NCBI GenBank assembly: GCA_965197395.1
Contig: OZ240205.1
Coordinates: forward strand, 1,787,107-1,851,106
Reading direction: 5' to 3'
Length of the DNA stretch: 64,000 bases
Source: Vicinamibacterales bacterium
GTDB lineage: Bacteria > Acidobacteriota > Vicinamibacteria > Vicinamibacterales > UBA8438
The notes under the pieces were generated by a model. That model did not search any database, had not been told where the DNA came from, and saw nothing but the letters and a program-made list of their open reading frames with translations. Positions 38,411-47,554 of this stretch are shown one piece after another (position 1 is the stretch's first letter; every line of letters starts with the position of its first letter). The translations under genes were made by a program, and so were the position numbers.

Positions 38411-39647
38411 ATGCGCCGAGTGCTCGAGCTGACCGGGGTCATGGCAGTGGTTTTGGCCGTCACCGTGCTGCTAAATATGACGCTGGTACCGGTCCCGATC
38501 GCCGGCCAAGAGGAGGCGGCCCCGGCTGCCCCGACCCTCCTGGGGCGAGCCGGATCTGCAGGGCATCTGGACGACCGACTATGAGATCCCGCTCCAGCGA
38601 CCCGCGCGGTTCGCCGGCCAGGAGTTCTTCACCGACGAGGAACGGGCCGAGCTGGATAGGGAACGGGCCCGCATCATTGGCTCCGACCAGCGGCGCTCGG
38701 ATCGGGGAAGTGAACAGGACGTCGGCGGCGCCTACAGCGCGGCGATCTTTCTGAGCCACAAACATATGGGCCGGCGGACGTCGTTGATTGTGGACCCGCC
38801 CGATGGCAGAATCCCTCCCCTCACGCCGGAGGCGCAGTCGCGGCGGGACGCCATCCGCGAGTATCAGCTCGCGCTCATCCGGCCCACCGACGTCTGCCGG
38901 AACAACCTGCCCGCCTGCGCCGGCGGACAGTACGGGCCGCCGTCACCGAGGAGAGCCGAGCCGCCGCCGTACTATCCGGCGACCGGGGCGGCAGCGGGTG
39001 GGTCCTTCAATCGCTCGGACGGACCGGAGGACCGCGGATTGGGGGAGCGGTGCATGTCGGCGCGCCTGCCGGACTTTGGCGGCGCGGCGGGGTATTTCCT
39101 GCGGATCGTGCAGTCGCCGGGGACGGTCTCGATTTTCTATGACACGGGGCAGGGGCAAGGGTGGCAGCGGGTCATCCCGGTGACCGACCGGCCGCATCTG
39201 CCCGCACGCGTGCGGCAGTGGTGGGGAGACTCGCGCGGTCGGTGGGAGGGGAAAACGCTGGTCGTTGACACGACGAACTTCAGCCCGAAGACGGACTATC
39301 AAGGGTCGCGCGAGAACCTGCATCTGGTCGAACGATGGACGCGGCTCGACGCGGCGAGGATCGAGTACGTCGCCACGATGGAGGACCCGACGACGTGGAC
39401 GAGTCCGTGGACCGTGGCGGTCGAGCTCAGCCAGCAAAGCAACGAAGCGAATCGCTTCTATACGGAGCCCCGGTGCCACGAAGGCAACTACGGCCTGCCG
39501 GGGTTGCTCGCGGGCGAACGTGCGATGGAGCGCGCGTTCGCGGAAGGCAATGGCCCCGATCCGGCGACCCTGTGCACCGCCGGCTGCGGAGGATTTGCCG
39601 GAGGATTCGCCGACAGCGGGGCGGAAACGAATCCGCTGGGACGATGA
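38411..39647 (+). pseudogene. long-form member of the expanded family with a +1 frameshift near 38537-38540
   Basis: ATG 38411 gives a signal peptide. The frame breaks at ...CCGACCCTCCTGGGGCGA..., where the paralogue at 41307 has ...CCGACCGCGTGGGGCGA... (4 nt versus 3). Downstream, WGEPDLQGIW...CHEGNYG is intact to 39647. Confidence 0.65.
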
Positions 39648-39714
39648 CAAGCTGTGGCCACGGGCTACCAGCATGCAGCCGTGGCGAGTCGAGGGGTTCA
39701 CGTGTGTCGCTTTC

Positions 39715-39763
39715 GTAGCGCAGGCCTTCAGGCCTGCGAGGCAAGGCTGAAGCCTTGCCCCAC
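39715..39763. repeat. REP doublet (two adjacent hairpins, GTAG head)
   Basis: GTAG-CGCAGGCC-TTCA-GGCCTGCG-A-GGCAAGGC-TGAA-GCCTTGCC-CCAC. Related copies at 45379 and 60745. Confidence 0.7.
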
Positions 39764-39802
39764 GAAGTACTACACACGTGAGCTCACGGAGAGGATCTGA
39801 TC

Positions 39803-40768
39803 ATGCGAAACCGGTTCAGAAGCTCAAGGATTGGCGCGGCACTTGTCGTCGCGGCTGTGGGCGCCGTCATCGCCGTGTCGATGACGCGCACCGCTGGCCA
39901 GGCGCCGTCGCCAGGACGCACCGTGGACGGCAAGCCCGACTTCAGCGGGATTTGGCAGGCCAACAACGAGGCCAACTGGGATCTCGAGGCGCACGCCGCG
40001 CGTCCGGGCGCGGTGACGCAACCGGGCGCATATCCCTTTCCTTTCGCGGAGGTGCCGGCGGCGCCGGTGCTCGCGCTCGGCGCGGCCGGCGGCGTGCCCG
40101 GGTCCCTCGGTGTCGTCGAGGGCAATGGTACGATTCCGTACACCCCGGAAGCCGCGGCAATCAAACAGGAGAACGCGGCAAACTGGATCGACCGCGACCC
40201 GGAGCTCAAATGCTATCTGCCGGGCATCCCGCGCGCGATGTACATGCCCTATCCCTTTCAGATCGTCCAGAGCACGAACAAGATCCAGATGGCCTATGCG
40301 TTCACGAGCACGGCCCGTACGATCCACCTCGATCAGGTCGAGGGGCCGCCCGACGACACGTTCATGGGGCATTCGGTCGGCCGCTGGGAGGGGGACACGC
40401 TGGTCGTCGACGTGACCGATTTCAACGGCAAGAACTGGTTCGACCGAGCGGGGAACTTCCACAGCACGGCCTTGCGTCTGGAGGAGCGGTTCACACCGAT
40501 CTCGCCTGACGCAATCCGCTACGAGGTGACGATAGAGGATCCGAACACCTTTACACGGCCCTGGCGGATTTCGATGCCGCTGTATCGGCGTTTGGAGCCG
40601 AACATGCAGCTCCTCGAGTACCGCTGTATCGAGTTCGTCGAAGAGTTCCTCTACGGACACGTCCGCAAGGAGCAGCTCGTCCAACGGTGGGAGGGGGAGA
40701 CGATCATCGTGGACATCACGCGGAAGGTGCCGCCAGGGGACGCCTTCTACGAGTGGTATCGGAAGTAG
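39803..40768 (+). CDS. divergent member of the expanded secreted family
   Basis: Signal peptide, DGKPDFSGIWQA, WEGDTLVVDVTDFNG, DPNTFTRPWRISMPL. It lacks the CHEGNY motif (LEYRCIEFVEE). Confidence 0.7.
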   Translation: MRNRFRSSRIGAALVVAAVGAVIAVSMTRTAGQAPSPGRTVDGKPDFSGIWQANNEANWDLEAHAARPGAVTQPGAYPFPFAEVPAAPVLALGAAGGVPGSLGVVEGNGTIPYTPEAAAIKQENAANWIDRDPELKCYLPGIPRAMYMPYPFQIVQSTNKIQMAYAFTSTARTIHLDQVEGPPDDTFMGHSVGRWEGDTLVVDVTDFNGKNWFDRAGNFHSTALRLEERFTPISPDAIRYEVTIEDPNTFTRPWRISMPLYRRLEPNMQLLEYRCIEFVEEFLYGHVRKEQLVQRWEGETIIVDITRKVPPGDAFYEWYRK

Positions 40769-40795
40769 GGTGGTGGCAACAGGGAGGGTGAAGCC

Positions 40796-41236
40796 ATGCG
40801 AGTACAGCTAGCCGTCGCTATCGTGGGTCTGGGTCTGGTGCTGGCGGTGACCGCGGTGTCGGTCTCGGCGCACCATGCGTTCGCGGCAGAGTTCGACTCG
40901 GAGAAGCCGGTGAATTTCGAGGGGACGGTCACGAAAATGGAATGGGTCAATCCACACGTCTGGATCCATATGGAGGTGAAGAAGCCGGACGGCACGATGG
41001 AGAGCTGGGCGTTCGAGGGTGGGACCCCGAACGTGCTGTTCAGGCGTGGGTTTACAAAGCGGTCGCTGCTGCCGGGCACCGAGATCGTCGTCGACGGGTA
41101 TCAGGCAAAGGACGGCACGAACCGGGCGAACGGCCGGGACGTCACGTTCACCGATGGCACGAAGTTGTTCCTTGGGTCGTCTGGCACGGGCGCACCGTAT
41201 GAGCTGAGACCCGAGAACACCCAGAACGTCCGATAG
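40796..41236 (+). CDS. DUF6152-family secreted protein
   Basis: Signal peptide ending SAHHAFAAEFD, then PVNFEGTVTKMEWVNPHVWIHMEV ... WAFEGGTPNVLFRRGF, the pattern I associate with DUF6152. Confidence 0.7.
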   Translation: MRVQLAVAIVGLGLVLAVTAVSVSAHHAFAAEFDSEKPVNFEGTVTKMEWVNPHVWIHMEVKKPDGTMESWAFEGGTPNVLFRRGFTKRSLLPGTEIVVDGYQAKDGTNRANGRDVTFTDGTKLFLGSSGTGAPYELRPENTQNVR

Positions 41237-42332
41237 CGGGAATCAGGCCGTTATGCTGCACAAGAAGCGCCTACGGGGGTTTGGGGGCGAAGCCCCGTCT
41301 AGTTATATGACGAGACGAGTACTCGAGTTGATCGTAATGGCGGCGGTGCTTGTCGCCGTCACCGTGCTTCTAAACATGACGCTGGTGCCGGTCGCGGGTC
41401 AGTCCTCGACGGCTCAGGACCAGCCGGAGGCGGCCCCAGCGACCCCGACCGCGTGGGGCGAACCGGACCTGCAGGGCATCTGGACGACCGACTATGCGAT
41501 CCCGTTGCAACGACCCGCGCGGTTCGCCGACCGGGCGTTCTTCACCGACGAGGAGCGGGCGGAGCTGGATGAGGAACGCACGGCCATCATCGGTCGCGAC
41601 CCGCGTTCGCAGGCGGGCAGCGAACAGGACGTCGGCGGCGCCTACAACCGCGCGATCTTCCTGACGCACAAGCATACGGGCCGACGGACGTCGCTGATTG
41701 TGGACCCGCCGGATGGCCGCATCCCTCCCTTCACGCCGGAGGCCGAGCAGCGACGGGCCGCCTTCCGCGAGTACCAACTTGCGCTCCTCCAGGCGACGGA
41801 CACCTGCAAGAACGCGCTGGTGGGTTGTGCGGGCGGACAATACGGGCCACCCTCACCTCGTCGCGCGGAGCCGCCGCCTCACTATCCGGCGAGCTCCTTC
41901 AATCGCTCGAACGGTCCGGAAGACCGCGGGTTGGGGGAACGGTGCATGTCGGCCCGGCTGCCCGACTTCGGGGGGGCGGCGGGGTATTTCCTACGGATTG
42001 TGCAGTCGCCGGGCACGGTGTCGATCTTCTATGACACCGGCCAGGGGCAGGGGTGGCAGCGGGTCATCCCGGTGACCGATCGACCGCATCTGCCCTCGCG
42101 CGTACGGCAGTGGTGGGGGGACTCTCGGGGTCGGTGCGAGGGCGACACGCTGGTCGTCGACACCACGAACTTCAGCGCGAAGACGGACTACCAGGGGTCG
42201 CGGGAGAACTTGCATCTGGTCGAACGTTGGACCCGGCTCGATGCGGCGACGATCGAATATGTCGCCACGATGGAGGACGCGACGACGTGGACGCGCCCGT
42301 GGACGGTGGCGGTCGAGCTCAGCCAGCAAAGT

Positions 42333-43140
42333 GGGTCTATCCGGGTTTCCCAACGCTATTTTGGGGCCTTTCGGGGTTTGGTTCCTCACACAAATGTGTG
42401 CACGATTCAGCCCCCAGCAGGTCAGCCACGCCGTGGAAAGAGGCTGCGGATGTGTTCGTGCCCGCGAATCAGCGGTGAAGTCGTCTATCGCTCAGTCGAC
42501 GGCCGCCTGCGCGGGCCCCGCTTTTGGTGGGGGGCCTGCTCGACGGCAGCCGGTCCCACCTCAAGGTGCTGAGGCGCTGGCATTTACAGGGCGACGAACC
42601 ATGAACACTCGTGGAACGCGGCCTGGACTTTCGCCGACGTTTTACCGCTGGGCCGAACCCTCGCTGACTGTTCAGCCCCTTGGCACTGGCAGGCCCCTCG
42701 CGATTTCCGCCGTGTACCGTGGGCCGGACTTTCCGAGAGCCTGCAGTTCCTCTCCAGATACAGACGGTGTTCTCCAGCCACGTAAGTCGATGACAATGCT
42801 TGACTTATTAGCCATGGAACCGGCCAAAGCTGCACCGATCCCTGAGAGGAACCCGGGGTTTTTCGTGGATGATTTGATGGGAAAGGCCCTGTGGAAGCTC
42901 GTGGAAAACGCGCAGCGTTTTCCGAGGTGCGGTGGGCGCGTTCTGTGCGTCCACGGCGCCGGCAGCTTCCACAGGGCCCATCCGTATGCGACAAGATCGC
43001 CGCGTCCTCGGACTGCAGTCGACCCGTGAATGACTATGTTCACATCGAAGCGGCCGACCTGTGCAGGCCGAACGCTCGATTTACCCCGGAAAGACAGGGA
43101 TATCAGGTACTTACGCCCTTTGGGAAACTCGGATATAGCC
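42333..43140 (+). mobile_element. MITE-1 copy (ISL3-derived) with MITE-2 nested inside
   Basis: Same two termini as at 11774..12140. Exact 8-bp duplication AGCAAAGT at 42325-42332 and 43141-43148. Confidence 0.8.
42380..42853 (-). mobile_element. MITE-2, full 474-bp copy
   Basis: Termini GGTTCCTC... at both ends (inverted). Exact 8-bp duplication CGGGGTTT at 42372-42379 and 42854-42861. The uninterrupted MITE-1 at 11774 has a single CGGGGTTT at this point. Confidence 0.8.
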
Positions 43141-43366
43141 AGCAAAGTAACGAAGCAAATCGTTTCTATACGGAGCCCCGATGCCACGAAGGGAACTACG
43201 GGTTACCGGGGTTGCTCGCGGGCGAACGGGCGATGGAGCGCGCGTTTGCCGAAGGCCTTGGTCCGGATCCGGCGACCCTCTGCACCGCCGGATGCGGATC
43301 CGGATTTGACGGGGAGAATCGCGATCCGCTCCGTTGATGCCACAGCGGCTCTAGCCCACGCGTAGG

Positions 43367-45007
43367 GTGCCGACTTCGCCTGACACCCAGGTCGGGCCTC
43401 ACTTGGCGCGTCCGCCCTTCGCCGGACGGTCGGTTTCCCTCTCGCCGTCCAGCAGTTTCGGCGCGGCGCTCGTCTTCGTACTCGGTCTCGCGACGTTCGG
43501 TCTTCTCGACAGCGTCCGCCACAATCCCACGCTTCAATGGTCGCTACTCGGCGCTGCGTCTGCGCTGTTCGTCTGGAACGTCATCCTGTTCGCATCAGCG
43601 CTGCACAACGGCCGCAGACGAACGCTGGAGATCGCCCCCCGGAAACAGCACTACATCCAGGCATGCGCGCAGGTTGCAGTCCTGCTGTACTGGGGCTGGC
43701 ATTGGAACCCTGTGTACGACTCGGCCGTTCTCATCGCCGCCCAGGTGGTCTTCGCCTACGCGTTCGACATGCAGCTCGGCTGGTCTCGGCGCGGCGCCTA
43801 CCGGTTCGGCTTCGGTCCGCTTCCCGTCATCTTCAGTATCAACCTGTTCCTCTGGTTTGCAGATGACTGGTACTACTTTCAGTTCCTGCTGGTGGCGCTC
43901 GGCTTCGCCGCGAAAGAACTGCTCCAGTGGGACAGGGAGGGACGGCGCGTCCACATCTTCAACCCCGCATCGTTTCCACTCGCGGTCTTTGCGCTGGCCT
44001 TGATCTTCACCGGTCGGAGCGACATCACTTGGGGCCAGGACATCGCGATCACCCAGTTCTACCCACCGCAGATGTATCTGATGCTGTTTCTGGTCGCGCT
44101 GCCTGGCCAGTTCCTCTTTGGCGTCACGTCGATGACGCTGTCCGCCGTCGTCGCGACCTACGCGTTCGGGTTGATCTACTTTGCCGCGACCGGCGTGTAC
44201 TTTTTCTACGATTCCTACATCCCCATTGCCGTGTTCCTGGGCATGCACCTCTTGTTCACCGATCCGTCGACCTCGCCTCGCACCGAGCTGGGGCGCATCA
44301 TCTTCGGCGTGCTCTATGGGATGAGTACCGTGGCCTTGTACGTAATCCTCGGGCGGGCCGGACTCCCGACCTTCTACGACAAGCTCCTGCAGGTGCCGCT
44401 GCTGAACCTGTCGGTCACGCTCATCGATCGCGCGGCACGCTCGAAGACGCTCCAGACGATCGACCCCGGAGCGCTCGGCCGCGCGTTTGCGCCACGCCAG
44501 CGCCATCTGGCGTATATGTCGGTGTGGATGGTCGTGTTTGCGCTCATGACCGCGACCGGCGGCCTCAGCGACCGGCATCCCGGCCAGTGGCTCCCCTTCT
44601 GGCAGCAAGCCTGCGCAGATGACCGACCAAACGCCTGTGCCTACCTCGCTGCGCGGGAGTCGAGTCTCTGCGCGGCCGGGTCGGGTTGGGCGTGCAACGA
44701 AGCGGGGATTCCGCACGACCCGTCCCCGCCGTTCCGGGAAGATCGGCCCTGGCTCGAACCGGCCCAGGCGGCGGCTTCGTTCGAGCGCGGGTGCGAGCTC
44801 GGGTTCGAGCCGGCCTGTGGGAACCTCGACGTGATGGTCCGTGGCGCCGGCACATTCGCGCACGCGCAGCCGACCCTGGAGGACTATCCAATTCTGTTGA
44901 GGGGCAGCAAAGCCGTGATCACCGACCGCGCGCCCGCGGCCCTCAATGCGCGCGCGTGCGACCAGGGCTGGCCCGATACGTGCGACCGGTCGGTCACCAC
45001 CCCTTGA
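43367..45007 (+). CDS. polytopic membrane protein with Cys-rich C-terminal domain
   Basis: About ten hydrophobic segments over ~400 aa, then a soluble tail with paired cysteines (ACADDRPNACAYLAARESSLCAAGSGWACNEAG ... GCELGFEPACGNL, Sel1-like feel). Confidence 0.65.
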   Translation: MPTSPDTQVGPHLARPPFAGRSVSLSPSSSFGAALVFVLGLATFGLLDSVRHNPTLQWSLLGAASALFVWNVILFASALHNGRRRTLEIAPRKQHYIQACAQVAVLLYWGWHWNPVYDSAVLIAAQVVFAYAFDMQLGWSRRGAYRFGFGPLPVIFSINLFLWFADDWYYFQFLLVALGFAAKELLQWDREGRRVHIFNPASFPLAVFALALIFTGRSDITWGQDIAITQFYPPQMYLMLFLVALPGQFLFGVTSMTLSAVVATYAFGLIYFAATGVYFFYDSYIPIAVFLGMHLLFTDPSTSPRTELGRIIFGVLYGMSTVALYVILGRAGLPTFYDKLLQVPLLNLSVTLIDRAARSKTLQTIDPGALGRAFAPRQRHLAYMSVWMVVFALMTATGGLSDRHPGQWLPFWQQACADDRPNACAYLAARESSLCAAGSGWACNEAGIPHDPSPPFREDRPWLEPAQAAASFERGCELGFEPACGNLDVMVRGAGTFAHAQPTLEDYPILLRGSKAVITDRAPAALNARACDQGWPDTCDRSVTTP

Positions 45008-45082
45008 CATTGCCGCGATCGAAGCGTAGCTAGTGAACTGCGGCGCGCGGTTCGGCGCGCGCGGGAGGATGGGGAGGATGCC

Positions 45083-45353
45083 TTGGATCCAGTAGTGCCC
45101 GTGACCTTAGGCGAAGCGATTGGAACCGAACCGGCCTGGCTGCAGGCCTGGGCGTTCGCGCTCGGCTTCCGGGCTGGGACAGCAACCGCCGCCACGCTCG
45201 ACAGCTTCACCGACGTGCGCGACCTCCAGCGGGCGCTGAAAGCGCAAGGCATGGAGCTACAGACAGAGGCGGACGAGAACACCACGGGCCCCGCCCAGCT
45301 TTACGGCGCTCGACCCGGACGGCAACCCGATTCTCTTCGATCAGCACGTGTAG
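45083..45353 (+). pseudogene. VOC/glyoxalase-fold remnant with frameshift
   Basis: DSFTDVRDLQRALKAQGMELQTEADENTTGP in one frame, and FTALDPDGNPILFDQHV-stop in another. Confidence 0.4.
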
Positions 45354-45378
45354 GCTCGACGCACCGTCTGTGGCATCC

Positions 45379-45427
45379 GTAGCGCAGGCCTTCAGGCCTG
45401 CGAGGCACGGCTGAAGCCGTGCCCTAC
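45379..45427. repeat. REP doublet
   Basis: GTAG-CGCAGGCC-TTCA-GGCCTGCG-A-GGCACGGC-TGAA-GCCGTGCC-CTAC. The second stem differs from copy 1 by a compensated pair. Confidence 0.7.
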
Positions 45428-45469
45428 ATCACCACGCCACCGCTCTCCGTACGCACGCCTGTTCCGAAG

Positions 45470-45489
45470 CGCGGGCCTTCAGGCCTGCG
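45470..45489. repeat. single REP hairpin
   Basis: CGCGGGCC-TTCA-GGCCTGCG (one mismatch), 40 nt from the doublet. Confidence 0.5.
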
Positions 45490-45501
45490 ACCCGCATGCG
45501 A

Positions 45502-46518
45502 CTACTGCTGGGTCGCCGCCGCCCGTTCATCTTCGCGCGCACCACGCAGAATATTCAGCAACCCGTAGTTCCCCTCGTGACACGCGTACTCGAAGATCGG
45601 TACCTCCGACTTGCGCATCGGAATGGCGGCCGTGAACGGTCGTGTGAACGTCGTCGGGTCCTCGACCGTGAACTCGTAGCGAAGCACACCGGCATTGACG
45701 CGCGTCAGCCGCTCCGTTAGACGAAGGTGCTCGCCTGTGCCCATGGCCACCATCGCATTGGGCGTGAAGCTCGACGTCTGGCCGTTGAAGTTCGTGCTCT
45801 CGATGACGAGCGTGTCGCCGTCCCAATGCCCGCGGGCGTCACCATTCCACTGCACCACGTCGTCCGGCAGGTGCGGGCGCCCGTCAAGGGGAATGATGCG
45901 CGGGTCGTGCACCATCTCGTTGAGAATGACCACGTGGTCGGGCGTCTGGAACAGCTGCACGTTCTGGTTGTAGCCGCCGGGTGTCAAGGGCGGTCCGTGT
46001 GCGAACCCCAGAAGGCATCGCTCGGCGAGACCGCGATCCTCCGGCGCATCCACGCCGCTCCCGCCCGCGCGATACCGAACGGGGCCGACTCCCGGGACAT
46101 CCTCCGATAGGGACCCGACCTGGTGGACCGCCCCCGCGACCAGCGGTGGGATCTTCCCATCCGGCGGATCCACGATCAGCGACGTGCGCCGGTCGTCGAC
46201 CAGACCGGGCGTATCCACCCAGAACACGTTGTAGCCGCCCGGGTCACCCTCCGGCGGTGGCCGGTCGACCAGGAACTCGTTCGCACGCGCCTTCTGCGCC
46301 GCCGCTTCCTCCGCCGTCAGCTCGGTCTGCCCCTCGAGCTCGTCCGGTCGCTCCAGCGGCGTCGTCGTACGGAAGTCCCACACGCCGCCCAGGTCGGGCG
46401 CACCCCACGACGTCCGGGGCGTCTGGCCCGCGTCCGTGGATTGCGCCTCGGCGAGGGGTGATGACACCGCCACGACGGCGGTGACCGCCAGCGCGGTAGC
46501 GAGATGTCGATGCTTCAT
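45502..46518 (-). CDS. secreted protein of the expanded family (short form), tandem copy 2
   Basis: Start chosen at MKHRHLATALAVTAVV (ATG 46516-46518). TSWGAPDLGGVWDF, TSLIVDPPDGKIPPL, ERCLLGFAHGPPL, EMVHDPRIIPLDGRPH, WDGDTLVIESTNF, FEYACHEGNYG. Confidence 0.85.
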   Translation of the reverse strand: MKHRHLATALAVTAVVAVSSPLAEAQSTDAGQTPRTSWGAPDLGGVWDFRTTTPLERPDELEGQTELTAEEAAAQKARANEFLVDRPPPEGDPGGYNVFWVDTPGLVDDRRTSLIVDPPDGKIPPLVAGAVHQVGSLSEDVPGVGPVRYRAGGSGVDAPEDRGLAERCLLGFAHGPPLTPGGYNQNVQLFQTPDHVVILNEMVHDPRIIPLDGRPHLPDDVVQWNGDARGHWDGDTLVIESTNFNGQTSSFTPNAMVAMGTGEHLRLTERLTRVNAGVLRYEFTVEDPTTFTRPFTAAIPMRKSEVPIFEYACHEGNYGLLNILRGAREDERAAATQQ

Positions 46519-46534
46519 GTGAAAGCCTCTTCTT

Positions 46535-47554
46535 CTACTGCTGGGCCGCGGCCTGCTCATCCTCCCGCGCACCGCGCAGGATGTTGAGCAAGCCGTAGTT
46601 CCCCTCGTGACACGCGTACTCGAAGATCGGGGCGTCTGATTTGCGCAGTGGAATCGCGGCCGTGAACGGCCGGGTGAACGTGGTCGGGTCGTGGACCGTG
46701 AACTCGTAGCGCAGCACGTCGGCGTTGACCCGCGTCAGACGCTCGATCAAGCGGAGGTTGTCACCGATGCCCAGCGCCGTCAGGCCGTTGATGAAGCTTG
46801 CCGTCTTGTCGGTGAAGTTCGTGCTCTCGATGACGAGGGTGTCGCCGTCCCAGTGCCCCCGCGCGTCGCCGTTCCACTGCCGCAGGTCGTCCGACAGGTG
46901 CGGGCGTCCGTCCAGCGGGATGATGCGTGGATCGTGCACCATCTCGTTGAGAACCACCACGTGGTCGGCGGTCTGAAACACCTGGACGTTCTGGTTATAG
47001 CCGCCGGGAGTCAACGGCGGCCCGTTCGCGAACCCCAACAGACATCGTTCGGCAAGGCCGCGATCCTCGTGGCCGTCGACGCCGCTCCCGCCCACCCGAT
47101 AGCGAAGAGGCCGGGGTGCCGGCAAATCCTCGGAGAGCGAGCCGACCTGGCTCACCGCGTTCGGCGTGAGCGGCGGGAGCTTCCCGTCCGGCGGGTCCAC
47201 GATCAACGACGTCCGGCGGTCGTCGATCAGCCCCTGAGTATCGAACCAAAACGCGTTGTATCCACCCGGGTCACCCTCCGGCGGGGGGCTGTCGAGGGCG
47301 GCGGCCAGGAACTCGGCGGCGCGCGCCTTCTGCGCCGCCGCTTCCTCCGCCGTCAGCTCGGTTTTCCCGGCCAGCTCGTCCGGACGCTCCAGCGGGACCG
47401 TCGTGCGGAAATCCCACACACCGCCCAGGTCCGGCGCACCCCACGACGTCCGGGGCGTCTGGCCCGCGTCCGTGGATTGCGCCTCGGCGAGGGGTGATGA
47501 CACCGCCACGACGGCGGTGACGGCCAGCGCGGTAGCGAGATGTCGATAGCTCAT
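46535..47554 (-). CDS. secreted protein of the expanded family (short form), tandem copy 1
   Basis: This is the C-terminal 339 codons of the 891-aa ORF. Start chosen at MSYRHLATALAVTAVV (ATG 47552-47554). Same motif set as 45502..46518. Confidence 0.85.
   Translation of the reverse strand: MSYRHLATALAVTAVVAVSSPLAEAQSTDAGQTPRTSWGAPDLGGVWDFRTTVPLERPDELAGKTELTAEEAAAQKARAAEFLAAALDSPPPEGDPGGYNAFWFDTQGLIDDRRTSLIVDPPDGKLPPLTPNAVSQVGSLSEDLPAPRPLRYRVGGSGVDGHEDRGLAERCLLGFANGPPLTPGGYNQNVQVFQTADHVVVLNEMVHDPRIIPLDGRPHLSDDLRQWNGDARGHWDGDTLVIESTNFTDKTASFINGLTALGIGDNLRLIERLTRVNADVLRYEFTVHDPTTFTRPFTAAIPLRKSDAPIFEYACHEGNYGLLNILRGAREDEQAAAQQ

Larger units (their letters stand above)
41307..43337 (+). pseudogene. 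long-form member of the expanded family, interrupted by MITE-1 (which carries MITE-2)
   Basis: Removing 42333..43148 rejoins ...VELSQQS|NEANRFYTEPRCHEGNYG... exactly as in the paralogue at 38411..39647. Confidence 0.8.

Noticed and set aside
41276-41300. GGGGC-GAA-GCCCC hairpin after the DUF6152 gene as a terminator
   Set aside because: No T-run follows it, and it lies only about 10 nt before the next start codon. Cannot be supported as an intrinsic terminator.
43595-45010. 471-aa minus-strand ORF
   Set aside because: Antisense to the polytopic membrane protein 43367..45007, whose hydrophobic periodicity supports the plus strand.
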